This document shows, piece by piece, positions 1-7,805 of a stretch of DNA of 64,000 bases. The stretch lies in NCBI GenBank assembly GCA_004321885.1, contig SCQK01000014.1, positions 64,001 to 128,000 on the forward strand. The letters are read 5' to 3'. Below the pieces are notes generated by a model that searched no databases, was not told where the DNA came from, and saw only the letters and a program-made list of their open reading frames with translations. The first letter of the stretch is position 1. Every line of letters starts with the position of its first letter. A program made the position numbers and the translations under genes. The stretch is from Patescibacteria group bacterium (GTDB lineage: Bacteria > Patescibacteriota > Patescibacteriia > Magasanikbacterales > GWA2-37-8).

Positions 1-1
1 C

Positions 2-328
2 ATGAAAATCGCCACTTTGGTCTTGCTTCTGCCAATCGCCCTGGCCGTGGAATTGGGAATACTTTTGCTGGCCGCCAAAAATGGCTGGCTGAAAGAAAAA
101 ATCAGCGCTTACGGATATTGGCTCAAAGCAACCAGTTGGAAATTATGGCTGAAAAAACGCGTGGCTCGGCAGGGCGCGCGCAAGGTCAAAGACAAAGATA
201 TTCTGCGCTCGGCCGAGAGTCGTCTGATTTTCGCGGAAAGAAGTTTCCAAAGTCCGCTCCTAAAATATTTTGGCAATCCGATTATGGCCGCCTGCTGGTT
301 TGTGGCGAAGAAGATAATTTTTTGGTAA
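2..328 (+). CDS. hypothetical membrane-associated protein (possibly 5'-truncated at window edge)
   Basis: ORF-track 108 aa ORF. The N-terminus is hydrophobic. I recognise no family motif. Confidence 0.3.
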   Translation: MKIATLVLLLPIALAVELGILLLAAKNGWLKEKISAYGYWLKATSWKLWLKKRVARQGARKVKDKDILRSAESRLIFAERSFQSPLLKYFGNPIMAACWFVAKKIIFW

Positions 329-329
329 T

Positions 330-1418
330 ATGCGCAAGCTCAAAAAAGCGATACTGACCGGCGGCGGACGGGCGACCCGCTTGCGCCCTCTGACCCATAC
401 CATCAACAAGCATCTTTTGCCTTTGGCCAACAAGCCGATGATTTTTTACGCCATAGAAAAAGCGGTTGAGGCCGGGGTGGAGGAAATTTTTATTAATACC
501 AATCCGGGGGAAGACCAAATTAAAAAAGTGGTCGGCGACGGCGGGCATTGGGGCGTGAGTATAACCTACTTTGAACAAGAGGGCGGGCCCCAGGGCATAG
601 CGCACGTGGTAAAGTGCGCCCAGAAGTTCATCGGCGATGAGCCGTTCATGTTTTATTTGTCGGATAATATCGTGCTGGGCAGTTTGCGCCCGCTGTTCGC
701 GAATTTTGAAAAAAATAACGTTGACTGCCAACTGGCTTTCGCCAAAGTGCCGGACCCGCAAAGATTCGGCGTGCCGGTTTTCGGTCCGGCCGGACAACTG
801 ATTGACGTGGTGGAAAAACCGGCCGCGCCGGCTTCTGATTTCGCCGTGACCGGCATTTATTTGTTCGGGCCGAAAGTATTTTTTGACGCCTTTACGCGCA
901 TCAAAAAGAGCGCCCGCGGCGAGTACGAAATAGCGTCTATTTTTTCTTACTTTTTGAAAAACAATTATAAAGTCGGCTACAGCGAAGTCACTGGCTGGTG
1001 GAAAGACACAGGCAAACCCGAAGATCTGATCATGGCCAATCGTTTGCTTTTAGACGAAATGTCTGTTGAAGAATTTAAAATTGAAGGTCAAGCGGATCAG
1101 GGGTCGTTTATCACCGGCAAAGTGCAGGTTGGCATGGGCACCACGATAGACAAGAGCTGTCGTATTGAAGGACCGGTTATAATCGGAGAGAATTGCACGC
1201 TGGAGTCGTGCCAAATTTTACCCTACACCACCATCGGCGCCGGTTCAATCATAAAAAGGGCGCGTATTAGCAACTCCATATTCTTGAACAGCGGTCAGAT
1301 AGATTGCGATTTGACGATAGACGCCAGCATGGTAGGCGCGAACGTGAGTATAATAAAAAACGGTGGAGAGGGTATCCACCGCGTCATTCTGGGAGACAAT
1401 ACGCTGATACAGATTTAG
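330..1418 (+). CDS. sugar-phosphate nucleotidyltransferase (glucose-1-phosphate thymidylyltransferase-like, long form with C-terminal left-handed beta-helix)
   Basis: N-terminal LTGGGRATRLRPLT matches the GxGxR NTP-transferase motif. The C-terminal 120 aa are hexapeptide-repeat-like. 362 aa. Confidence 0.8.
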   Translation: MRKLKKAILTGGGRATRLRPLTHTINKHLLPLANKPMIFYAIEKAVEAGVEEIFINTNPGEDQIKKVVGDGGHWGVSITYFEQEGGPQGIAHVVKCAQKFIGDEPFMFYLSDNIVLGSLRPLFANFEKNNVDCQLAFAKVPDPQRFGVPVFGPAGQLIDVVEKPAAPASDFAVTGIYLFGPKVFFDAFTRIKKSARGEYEIASIFSYFLKNNYKVGYSEVTGWWKDTGKPEDLIMANRLLLDEMSVEEFKIEGQADQGSFITGKVQVGMGTTIDKSCRIEGPVIIGENCTLESCQILPYTTIGAGSIIKRARISNSIFLNSGQIDCDLTIDASMVGANVSIIKNGGEGIHRVILGDNTLIQI

Positions 1419-2017
1419 TCCGCGTGCGCGCCGCGCACGATAACTTCGGCTTTTTTGTCGCGAGCCAGGTAGCCCACCAGGCGCAGAATTTCTTCCTGCG
1501 CTTTTTTGTTGGCAGCCTCCAGCGCCGCGGTGGTGGCCGATGCCAGCTCGGCTTGTTTGGTTAGTTCGGCGATGGCTTTGTTGTAGCCGTCGTCTTTTTC
1601 CAGCAAACGTTTCAAAATTCCCTGTTTGTTTTCCACGTTCACGTCGCCGGCCACGCGCGAGTTAAAAATCTCGGCTTGAGGCATGTATATTGTTATTTTG
1701 TTCGCGGCAACTCGCACATCGTTGGCCGTCATTTTTTTCAAATCCACGCCCACGTTCACTTCCACCACGGCCTGCGCGCGCACTACCTGGCCCCACAAAA
1801 GTTTTTGCCAAAATGTCTGCTCGCCGCTGTCTATTTTCACGCTTTGGTTGATGATATTTGTTTGGGTCACCAAAAACCCGCGCTCGCGCAGGGCTTCCAA
1901 AATTGTTTGGCTGGTGATAGCCGCCGGTTGGCTTTTTTTATTTATTTTCCAACCCAAAAATATACCCAGGCCGAAGATGGCGAGAAAGAGTATTAAAATT
2001 GTGACGAATTTTTTCAT
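1415..2017 (-). CDS. DUF4230-like membrane-anchored protein
   Basis: The ORF-track ORF 1415..2068 runs into the tRNA. The real start is taken as MKKFVTILILF (ATG 2015-2017), a signal/TM anchor. The composition is typical of DUF4230 proteins. Confidence 0.55.
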   Translation of the reverse strand: MKKFVTILILFLAIFGLGIFLGWKINKKSQPAAITSQTILEALRERGFLVTQTNIINQSVKIDSGEQTFWQKLLWGQVVRAQAVVEVNVGVDLKKMTANDVRVAANKITIYMPQAEIFNSRVAGDVNVENKQGILKRLLEKDDGYNKAIAELTKQAELASATTAALEAANKKAQEEILRLVGYLARDKKAEVIVRGAHAD

Positions 2018-2035
2018 GTCAATATTTGTTACGAG

Positions 2036-2110
2036 TCGGGCTGGCGGGACTTGAACCCGCGGCCTCATGGTCCCGAACCATGCGCGCTACCAACTGCGCT
2101 ACAGCCCGAA
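2036..2110 (-). tRNA. tRNA-Pro(CGG)
   Basis: Manual cloverleaf on the minus strand: acceptor CGGGCUG/CAGCCCG, D-arm GCGC-AGUUGGUA-GCGC, anticodon stem CAUGG/CCAUG, loop UUCGGGA (anticodon CGG), T-arm GCGGG-UUCAAGU-CCCGC, discriminator A. Confidence 0.85.
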
Positions 2111-2117
2111 TTATTAC

Positions 2118-2384
2118 TTATTTCGTTTTGATTAGTTTATCATTAATAATTTTTTCAATATAGTCTCTTCTTTTTAATCTTTTAAGTTTGAGTTCAATTC
2201 GTCTCGCTTCCGTCGTTGTTTCGTAGTGCTGTTTAAATTTTATTATCCATGGGCCTTTATTTTTTGTTGAAGGTGTCTCCCCATTATTGTGTTCAATCAG
2301 CCGGTTTTCCGGATTGTTTGAAGACCCTATATAATACATTCCTGATTTAAGACTTTGCAAGATATAAACGTAAAAACCCTCCAT
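2118..2384 (-). CDS. small GIY-YIG nuclease family protein (COG2827/YhbQ-like)
   Basis: Internal ATG of the ORF-track ORF 2118..2528. MEGFYVYILQSLKSGMYYIGSSNNPENRLIEHNNG carries the GIY..YIG..R..HN motif and a downstream conserved Glu (EARRIE). 88 aa. The stop lies 7 nt before the tRNA-Pro 5' end. Confidence 0.75.
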   Translation of the reverse strand: MEGFYVYILQSLKSGMYYIGSSNNPENRLIEHNNGETPSTKNKGPWIIKFKQHYETTTEARRIELKLKRLKRRDYIEKIINDKLIKTK

Positions 2385-2394
2385 AATTGACTTT

Positions 2395-2462
2395 TTAATA
2401 GAACCCGCGGCCTCCCCGACGTACCGTCGGGGCGCGCTACCAACTGCGCTACAGCCCGATTG
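2395..2462 (-). pseudogene. truncated/degenerate tRNA-Pro-like 5' copy (acceptor 5' strand, D-arm, aberrant anticodon hairpin, variable loop and T-stem 5' strand only)
   Basis: The minus strand reads CGGGCUGUAGCGCAGUUGGUAGCGCGC, identical to tRNA-Pro positions 1-26. Then comes CCCGACGGUACGUCGGGG, a hairpin that is not a valid anticodon arm. AGGCCGCGGGUUC follows and matches the variable loop and T-stem. The T-loop 3' half and the acceptor 3' strand are absent. Confidence 0.6.
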
Positions 2463-2464
2463 TA

Positions 2465-2509
2465 TGGATTCCCGCTTTCCCGCCAAAGGCGGGCAGGCGC
2501 GGGAATGAT
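2465..2509. repeat. family-D palindromic element (CTGGATTCC...GGAATGACA termini) with CCGCCAAAGGCGGGCAGG core
   Basis: The same termini recur at 39467, 40680, 41702, 41817, 50601, 59098, 62862 and 63469. Confidence 0.6.
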
Positions 2510-2610
2510 ACCGACAGTAGGGTATCACGTTTTTTTGCGCTTTTCAAGGGGTAAAATTTGTGATAGAATATGCCCTGTCCGCTGGATTACCAGCGACAGA
2601 TAATTTTTAC

Positions 2611-2650
2611 CCCCACCCAACCTCCCCCTTTTAAGGGGGGAGGGGAGGAG
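2611..2650. repeat. family-A palindromic repeat (CCTCCCCCTTTTAAGGGGGGAGG)
   Basis: Perfect inverted repeat just upstream of pilT. Consensus CCTCCCCTTwTAAGGGGAGG recurs at 15 or more sites. Confidence 0.7.
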
Positions 2651-2656
2651 AAACCT

Positions 2657-3688
2657 ATGAACATAGAATCATATTTCAAGGAAGCCATAAAACAGGACGC
2701 GTCGGATTTGCATTTGGTGGGCGGGGAACTGCCGCGCCTGCGCGTGGAAGGCGAGCTCAAAGAGCTTTCCGACAAGCCGCTGAATAATAAAGAACTGGAG
2801 ACCGCGATTTACACTCTCATCTCCAAAGCCCAGCAAGATAGGTATGAGGAAGACAAGGAACTGGACTTTAGCTATTCCGTGGACCAGACCCGCTTCCGCG
2901 TGAACTTGCACCAGCAGGAAGAAAACATCGGCCTGGCCGCCCGCCTGATTCCCAAAACCATTCCCAAACCAGAAGACTTGCACTTTGAACCAACGCTCTC
3001 CGAACTCACCAAACTGATGGACGGTTTGATACTGGTCACCGGTCCCACGGGTTGCGGCAAATCCACCACCATTGCCAGCCTGATTGAAGAGATAAACAAA
3101 AGCCGCCAGGCGCACATTGTGACCGTGGAAGACCCGATAGAATTTTTGTTTGAAGATAAAAAAAGTTTGATAGAACAGCGCGAGGTGGGCACGGACACGA
3201 AATCGTTTGCCAACGCCCTGAAGTATGTGCTGCGCCAGGACCCGAACGTGATATTCGTGGGCGAAATGCGCGACCCCGAGACAATTTCCACGGTGCTGAC
3301 CGCGGCCGAAACCGGCCACCTGGTTTTTTCTACCCTGCACACGCCCAGCGCGGCCGAGGCCGTGGAGCGCATTGTGGACGTGTTTGAGGGCGGCCGGCAA
3401 AAACAGGTTTTGATTCAGCTGTCGTCGGTACTGCGGGCCGTGGTGGCCCAGCAATTACTGCCGGCCAAAGACGGCGGCCGCGTGCCGGCGCGCGAGATTT
3501 TGATAAACAATTCGGCCGTTTCCAACCTCATCCGCGAAAACAATATCAACCAGATAAAATCTTCCATCCAAACCGGCGCCAAAGACGGCATGGTGACCAT
3601 GGAAAATTCCATCAAGCAATTGCTGAAAGAGGGCTGGATTACCGAGGATACAGCCGAGAAAAGAGCGGGCAAGGCGCGGAGGGTGTAA
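2657..3688 (+). CDS. pilT: type IV pilus twitching-motility ATPase PilT
   Basis: Walker A GPTGCGKSTT. PilT/PilU family motifs VEDPIEF and the His box LVFSTLHT are present. About 343 aa from the internal ATG at 2657; the upstream ORF extension is repeat-encoded. Confidence 0.85.
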   Translation: MNIESYFKEAIKQDASDLHLVGGELPRLRVEGELKELSDKPLNNKELETAIYTLISKAQQDRYEEDKELDFSYSVDQTRFRVNLHQQEENIGLAARLIPKTIPKPEDLHFEPTLSELTKLMDGLILVTGPTGCGKSTTIASLIEEINKSRQAHIVTVEDPIEFLFEDKKSLIEQREVGTDTKSFANALKYVLRQDPNVIFVGEMRDPETISTVLTAAETGHLVFSTLHTPSAAEAVERIVDVFEGGRQKQVLIQLSSVLRAVVAQQLLPAKDGGRVPAREILINNSAVSNLIRENNINQIKSSIQTGAKDGMVTMENSIKQLLKEGWITEDTAEKRAGKARRV

Positions 3689-3802
3689 ATGGATATGGAG
3701 ATGGAAATAAGTTACTCGTGAAAATTGTATTTGGGTTTGTATTTTGGTATAATGAAAGCAGAGGGGAGTTTTAATTTACCGCCAGTGGCGGGTAAAAAAT
3801 AT

Positions 3803-4312
3803 ATGCGCTTGAGAGTCATAATTTTGGCGTTGGTTTTGTTGGTCGCGGGGTTGCTGGCGGTTTTCGCTGGTTATGGATGGTTTTGGGAAAAGCAAAAACG
3901 GGTGGCGGCCGGCACGGCGCGGCCCACGTTTCCATACGGCGATTATTCGCTGGAAGAATTGGCGAAATTGTACCCGCAGACCGTGAACGAGAACGTGCCC
4001 ACCAAACAGGCGCCCGAGGAAACGCACGCGAAGTTTGTGTCTGCGTTGAAAGCGGGAAAAATTGATGAGGCAGTGGAGTGTTGTTTTAGGAAAGGGGATT
4101 GGGGGAAGATGAAAGAAGGATTGAAGAGGGTGAGGGATAAAGGCGAAATGGGCCAGATGATTAAGGATTTGGATGCGGCGATTAAACCTGATTTTGTAGG
4201 AGATACAAAGGCGAGTTATACCTATATCGTTTTAGAGAACGGAAAAAAGATTGGTAATGTTATGACTTTTATAAAAAACATTCAGGGTATCTGGTTGATA
4301 GAGTCATTGTAA
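3803..4312 (+). CDS. hypothetical membrane-anchored protein
   Basis: ATG at 3803 (MRLRVIILALVLLVAGLLAV TM anchor). No recognisable domain. Confidence 0.5.
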   Translation: MRLRVIILALVLLVAGLLAVFAGYGWFWEKQKRVAAGTARPTFPYGDYSLEELAKLYPQTVNENVPTKQAPEETHAKFVSALKAGKIDEAVECCFRKGDWGKMKEGLKRVRDKGEMGQMIKDLDAAIKPDFVGDTKASYTYIVLENGKKIGNVMTFIKNIQGIWLIESL

Positions 4313-4327
4313 TTACCCATTCTTAAT

Positions 4328-4348
4328 CCTCCCCTTGTAAAGAGGAGG
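4328..4348. repeat. family-A palindromic repeat (CCTCCCCTTGTAAAGAGGAGG)
   Basis: Inverted repeat in the intergenic region upstream of the large secreted-protein gene. Confidence 0.6.
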
Positions 4349-4361
4349 GTAATACAGCAAT

Positions 4362-7300
4362 ATGCGAAGAGCGAAAATAATATTTTTCATTATTATCTTC
4401 GCCGCGTTCAGCTCGGCCGCCTTTGGCGGTCGTGTTTTGTCTTTTGACACCAATATCGCTCATCCAAACATCGCGACATTGGCCGTAAAGCTTTACAATG
4501 AGAATTTTGACCCGGATTTAACCGAGGAACAGACGCGTTGGATAGAGCAGGGAGCTGTTGCCGAGGACACGCCCAACCGGTGGTACAACCATTTTTACGA
4601 CCCGGTCTACAATCGTGGCATCTGGTTTGGCAAACAACATTTATCAGCCAAAAATTGGGCTGTTAATCCCCGAGCTCAAACTGGTTTTGCCTTGGGCGAC
4701 AAGAGCTGGCAAAGAGCGCTTGATGATTTTAGAAATAGTGATGAGGAAAAGGCATACAGGGCCCTGGGGCATATTATTCACCTTATTTCAGATATGGCTG
4801 TGCCGGCGCATACCCGAGACGACATTCATCCGCTCGGCGATTCGTTTGAGCAATTTGTGAAAAAGAATTGGGCCAGCGCGACAAAGAATTTGCGCTATGG
4901 AATGATATCTGTATCTGATTTAGATTCAGCTTTTGATTCTGTGGCCAATTATTCAAACAATAATTTTTATAGTGATGATACGATTGAAAATAAAAAATAT
5001 CAGAATCCAGATTTGAATCACATTATACTAAAATATGTGGAAGTTGGAAATGGCATTTCTTATAAATTTTTAGTCAATTCAGTTGGTGGTCAAGAAAGTT
5101 TGCTTTGTAGAACTAATAGCAATAAGAATTGGTTAGACACTCTTGGGGATGACATTCTAAAAGAGTGCAAAGTTGGTGATGATCTCGTTCTCACCGACTA
5201 CTCCCGCCACCTGCTCCCAAAAGCCATCGGTTACAGCGCCGGAATTATTAAACTATTTTTTGACCAAGCCAAGAGTGATAAGGAAGTGGGTAATTTGCCC
5301 GGCAAAAGAACTAGTTTTTCCGGATACCTTGATCAATTTCTTGGTTTCGCTGTCTCGGGAGCGGAAAAATTATACAGCGTGATTAAGATAGCGTTAGGAA
5401 TAGAGCCGGCTTATTCCGAGGGAAGCGCGGAGATTGAGGAACAAGCGCCCTCCCTCCCGCCAGAGGCAGGCAAGCATCAAGGGGAGGGAACGACCACAAC
5501 CACACCAACCACGCCAACCACGACCAACGTCGCGCAGACCACGACCAAACCCAAACCCCCCGCCACCATAAAAAAAGCGGTCGGGAGAAAGACCGGGGCG
5601 TCTGGCGCGCCGGTCGCTGGCTCCATAGTCCCCGACTTAGTCGGGGCTGTGGAGCCCAATGCCAGCACCCTGGCTCCACAGCCTCCTGCGGGGGACAATG
5701 GAGCCAGCCAAGAAGGAACGACGACCACGCCTGTGTATTTTCCTCCATCGTCAAGAGACGGGGGAGCGTATCCGCCAAATACCCCTCCCCTAATAGGGGA
5801 GGGAGATGTTGTGCCTACCACCACCCCGACACCCACCACCACCCCGTCTTCTACAACTACCCCTTCGTCCACCACCACCCCAACCCCCTCCCCCACCACC
5901 ACTCCCACCAGCACTCCGGCTCTGCCACCGCCACCGCTCGTCATCAGCGAAATCGCCTGGGCCGGCACCTCGGCCGCCAGGTCCAACAACGAATGGCTGG
6001 AGCTTTACAACAACTCCACCTCGTCAATAGATTTCACCTCGGGCTGGAAAATTTTTGTTTCCGGCGCCCAGCTCAACATCTCCAATTTTGTTAATCCAGT
6101 CATTTTACCAAAAACATATTACCTGTTGGAACGCACCGACGATTTTACGGTCAAAGAAATTTCCGCGGACGCGATTTACACCGGCGCCCTAAACAATAAT
6201 GGCGCGAAAGTGGAACTCGTCAATCCAAGCGGAGAAACCATAGACACCGTGGACGGCTCCTCGGGCTGGTTCGCGGGTCAGGCCAGTCCCAGTTACGCTA
6301 GTATGGAAAGAAAAGACCTCACCGCCAGCGGTACGAGTCCCGGCAACTGGCAATCCAGCATTGGCGGGCGCGCCACTGGCACGAGCGATGAAATGCCGCC
6401 CAAGCCCATCATGGGCTCGCCCAAACGCCCCAATTTCGGCTACATTGTGCTTACTGGTACCCAAGCCCAAACCACCCGCACACTCACCACAGACAACAGT
6501 CCCTATCTTTTGTGGAGTTACACTATTCCAGCCGGCTTTACATTAAACATCAATCCCGGCGTGGTGATAAAAAGTTACACCCAAAGCGCGGTGATGATTG
6601 TAGATGGGACGCTGAATGTTGGCGGGGGAGACAATAAAGTCATCTTCACCTCGGGCAAAGACCAGTCTTTCACCAGTCCCGACCTCAACCTGATAGACAT
6701 CAATTATCTTTGGACAACTCCCGGGCCGGCTGAAAAAGATTGGCAGGGGCTGTGGTTCAAGCCCGGCTCCCAGGGCAACATCGCCAATACAGAAATCAGA
6801 TACGCGGGCAAAGAGTTTTACCCCACCGGAGGCCCGGCCATGTCCCAGGGCATTCGCGCCGAATCCGGGCTTTCCCTATCAAACTCCACCATCGCCAACT
6901 CCGGCTCCGCGCTTATCTTTCTCCAAAATGCTTCTTCCACCATTACTAACACCAACTTCACCGGCTCCGATCTGGCCATAGAAGCCAACAATTCCCGGCT
7001 CACAATCAACGGCGCGCACTTCACGGGCTTTGGCTCACAGGGCCCTTTGCAAATCAAAGACGCCTGGCCCGAATTTTCCAATCTCACCTACACCACCGGC
7101 ACTGTGCCTTATGCCCGTTTGTACATGGTAAAAACCAGCGCCCCGCAGACCACGGCCAAAAAAGAAATCAATTACCTCTTTGACAACATTGAAGTGGCGT
7201 CTTCCACCACCTTAAACATTGAACCCGGCGCCAACGTCAAAATGACCAACAGCTCCATACTCACGGTCAATGGCGTTCTCAATGCCAATGGCACGCCCAC

Positions 7301-7805
7301 CGACCCCGTCAGTATCGGTCAATTTACCCCGGCCATTCCCAATACTTTATGGGGTTCACTCTACTTCACGGGCAATACTTCCACCATCAAATACACCAAC
7401 ATCTCTGGCGGCGGGCACATACCATCGGGCAGTGGCGTATTCGGCGCCATCACGGCGCAAAATGCCGAAGTCATCATTGAAAACAGCGCCATAAAAAACA
7501 CGGAACAGCCGGGCAATGCCATACAATCCGCCAACGCAGTCATTAGAATAAAGAACAGCGAGATTTCCAATGACACCAAGACGCGCGAAGACCCGCCCGC
7601 GGGCCCGTCGCCTTACAATATCGGGGTCAGCATCGGCGGCGGCAGTCTTCACCTGGACAACACCCTGTTCAAAAATCTCAACATCGGCTTGCAGGGAACA
7701 TACATATCTGGTAGTTTGCCACAGGTGGAGCTGGTCAACATGAATACATCCACTGCGTATTTTCAGAATGTGGGGCGGGTGATGAATCCGTTGGTATGGT
7801 TTTAG
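4362..7805 (+). CDS. large secreted multidomain protein: zinc-dependent phospholipase C / S1-P1 nuclease-like N-domain, Thr/Pro-rich linker, lamin-tail domain (LTD), parallel beta-helix repeats
   Basis: Signal peptide MRRAKIIFFIIIFAAFSSAAFG. HFYDPVYNRG...GHIIHLISDMAVPAHTRDD matches the PLC zinc-ligand pattern. TTTTPTTPTTT and PTPTTTPSSTTTPSS form low-complexity linkers. PPLVISEIAWAGTS...EWLELYNNS...SGWKI carries LTD hallmarks. The C-terminal half is NxT/S-rich beta-helix repeats. 1147 aa. Confidence 0.8.
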   Translation: MRRAKIIFFIIIFAAFSSAAFGGRVLSFDTNIAHPNIATLAVKLYNENFDPDLTEEQTRWIEQGAVAEDTPNRWYNHFYDPVYNRGIWFGKQHLSAKNWAVNPRAQTGFALGDKSWQRALDDFRNSDEEKAYRALGHIIHLISDMAVPAHTRDDIHPLGDSFEQFVKKNWASATKNLRYGMISVSDLDSAFDSVANYSNNNFYSDDTIENKKYQNPDLNHIILKYVEVGNGISYKFLVNSVGGQESLLCRTNSNKNWLDTLGDDILKECKVGDDLVLTDYSRHLLPKAIGYSAGIIKLFFDQAKSDKEVGNLPGKRTSFSGYLDQFLGFAVSGAEKLYSVIKIALGIEPAYSEGSAEIEEQAPSLPPEAGKHQGEGTTTTTPTTPTTTNVAQTTTKPKPPATIKKAVGRKTGASGAPVAGSIVPDLVGAVEPNASTLAPQPPAGDNGASQEGTTTTPVYFPPSSRDGGAYPPNTPPLIGEGDVVPTTTPTPTTTPSSTTTPSSTTTPTPSPTTTPTSTPALPPPPLVISEIAWAGTSAARSNNEWLELYNNSTSSIDFTSGWKIFVSGAQLNISNFVNPVILPKTYYLLERTDDFTVKEISADAIYTGALNNNGAKVELVNPSGETIDTVDGSSGWFAGQASPSYASMERKDLTASGTSPGNWQSSIGGRATGTSDEMPPKPIMGSPKRPNFGYIVLTGTQAQTTRTLTTDNSPYLLWSYTIPAGFTLNINPGVVIKSYTQSAVMIVDGTLNVGGGDNKVIFTSGKDQSFTSPDLNLIDINYLWTTPGPAEKDWQGLWFKPGSQGNIANTEIRYAGKEFYPTGGPAMSQGIRAESGLSLSNSTIANSGSALIFLQNASSTITNTNFTGSDLAIEANNSRLTINGAHFTGFGSQGPLQIKDAWPEFSNLTYTTGTVPYARLYMVKTSAPQTTAKKEINYLFDNIEVASSTTLNIEPGANVKMTNSSILTVNGVLNANGTPTDPVSIGQFTPAIPNTLWGSLYFTGNTSTIKYTNISGGGHIPSGSGVFGAITAQNAEVIIENSAIKNTEQPGNAIQSANAVIRIKNSEISNDTKTREDPPAGPSPYNIGVSIGGGSLHLDNTLFKNLNIGLQGTYISGSLPQVELVNMNTSTAYFQNVGRVMNPLVWF
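5619..5656. repeat. family-C palindromic repeat (GGCTCCATAGTCCCCGACTTAGTCGGGGCTGTGGAGCC) inserted in-frame in CDS
   Basis: Encodes SIVPDLVGAVEP inside the 1147-aa protein. The same unit is in guaA (30514..30551), and the core CCCGACTTAGTCGGG is at 40690 and 50611. Confidence 0.7.

Noticed and set aside
2385-2528. N-terminal 48 codons of ORF 2118..2528 upstream of the GIY-YIG Met
   Set aside because: That stretch is the tRNA-Pro remnant and a family-D repeat read in frame. The GIY-YIG domain starts at the internal ATG 2384.
2669-3454. 261-aa minus-strand ORF, plus 2872..3372 and 3036..3284
   Set aside because: Lies entirely antisense inside pilT, which has unambiguous Walker/PilT motifs. The composition is Gly/Arg/His-rich, typical of out-of-frame GC-rich reading.
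5477-5989. 170-aa and 131-aa minus-strand ORFs in the Thr/Pro-rich linker region
   Set aside because: Antisense to the low-complexity linker of the 1147-aa secreted protein. The reading gives a poly-Gly/Val artefact.
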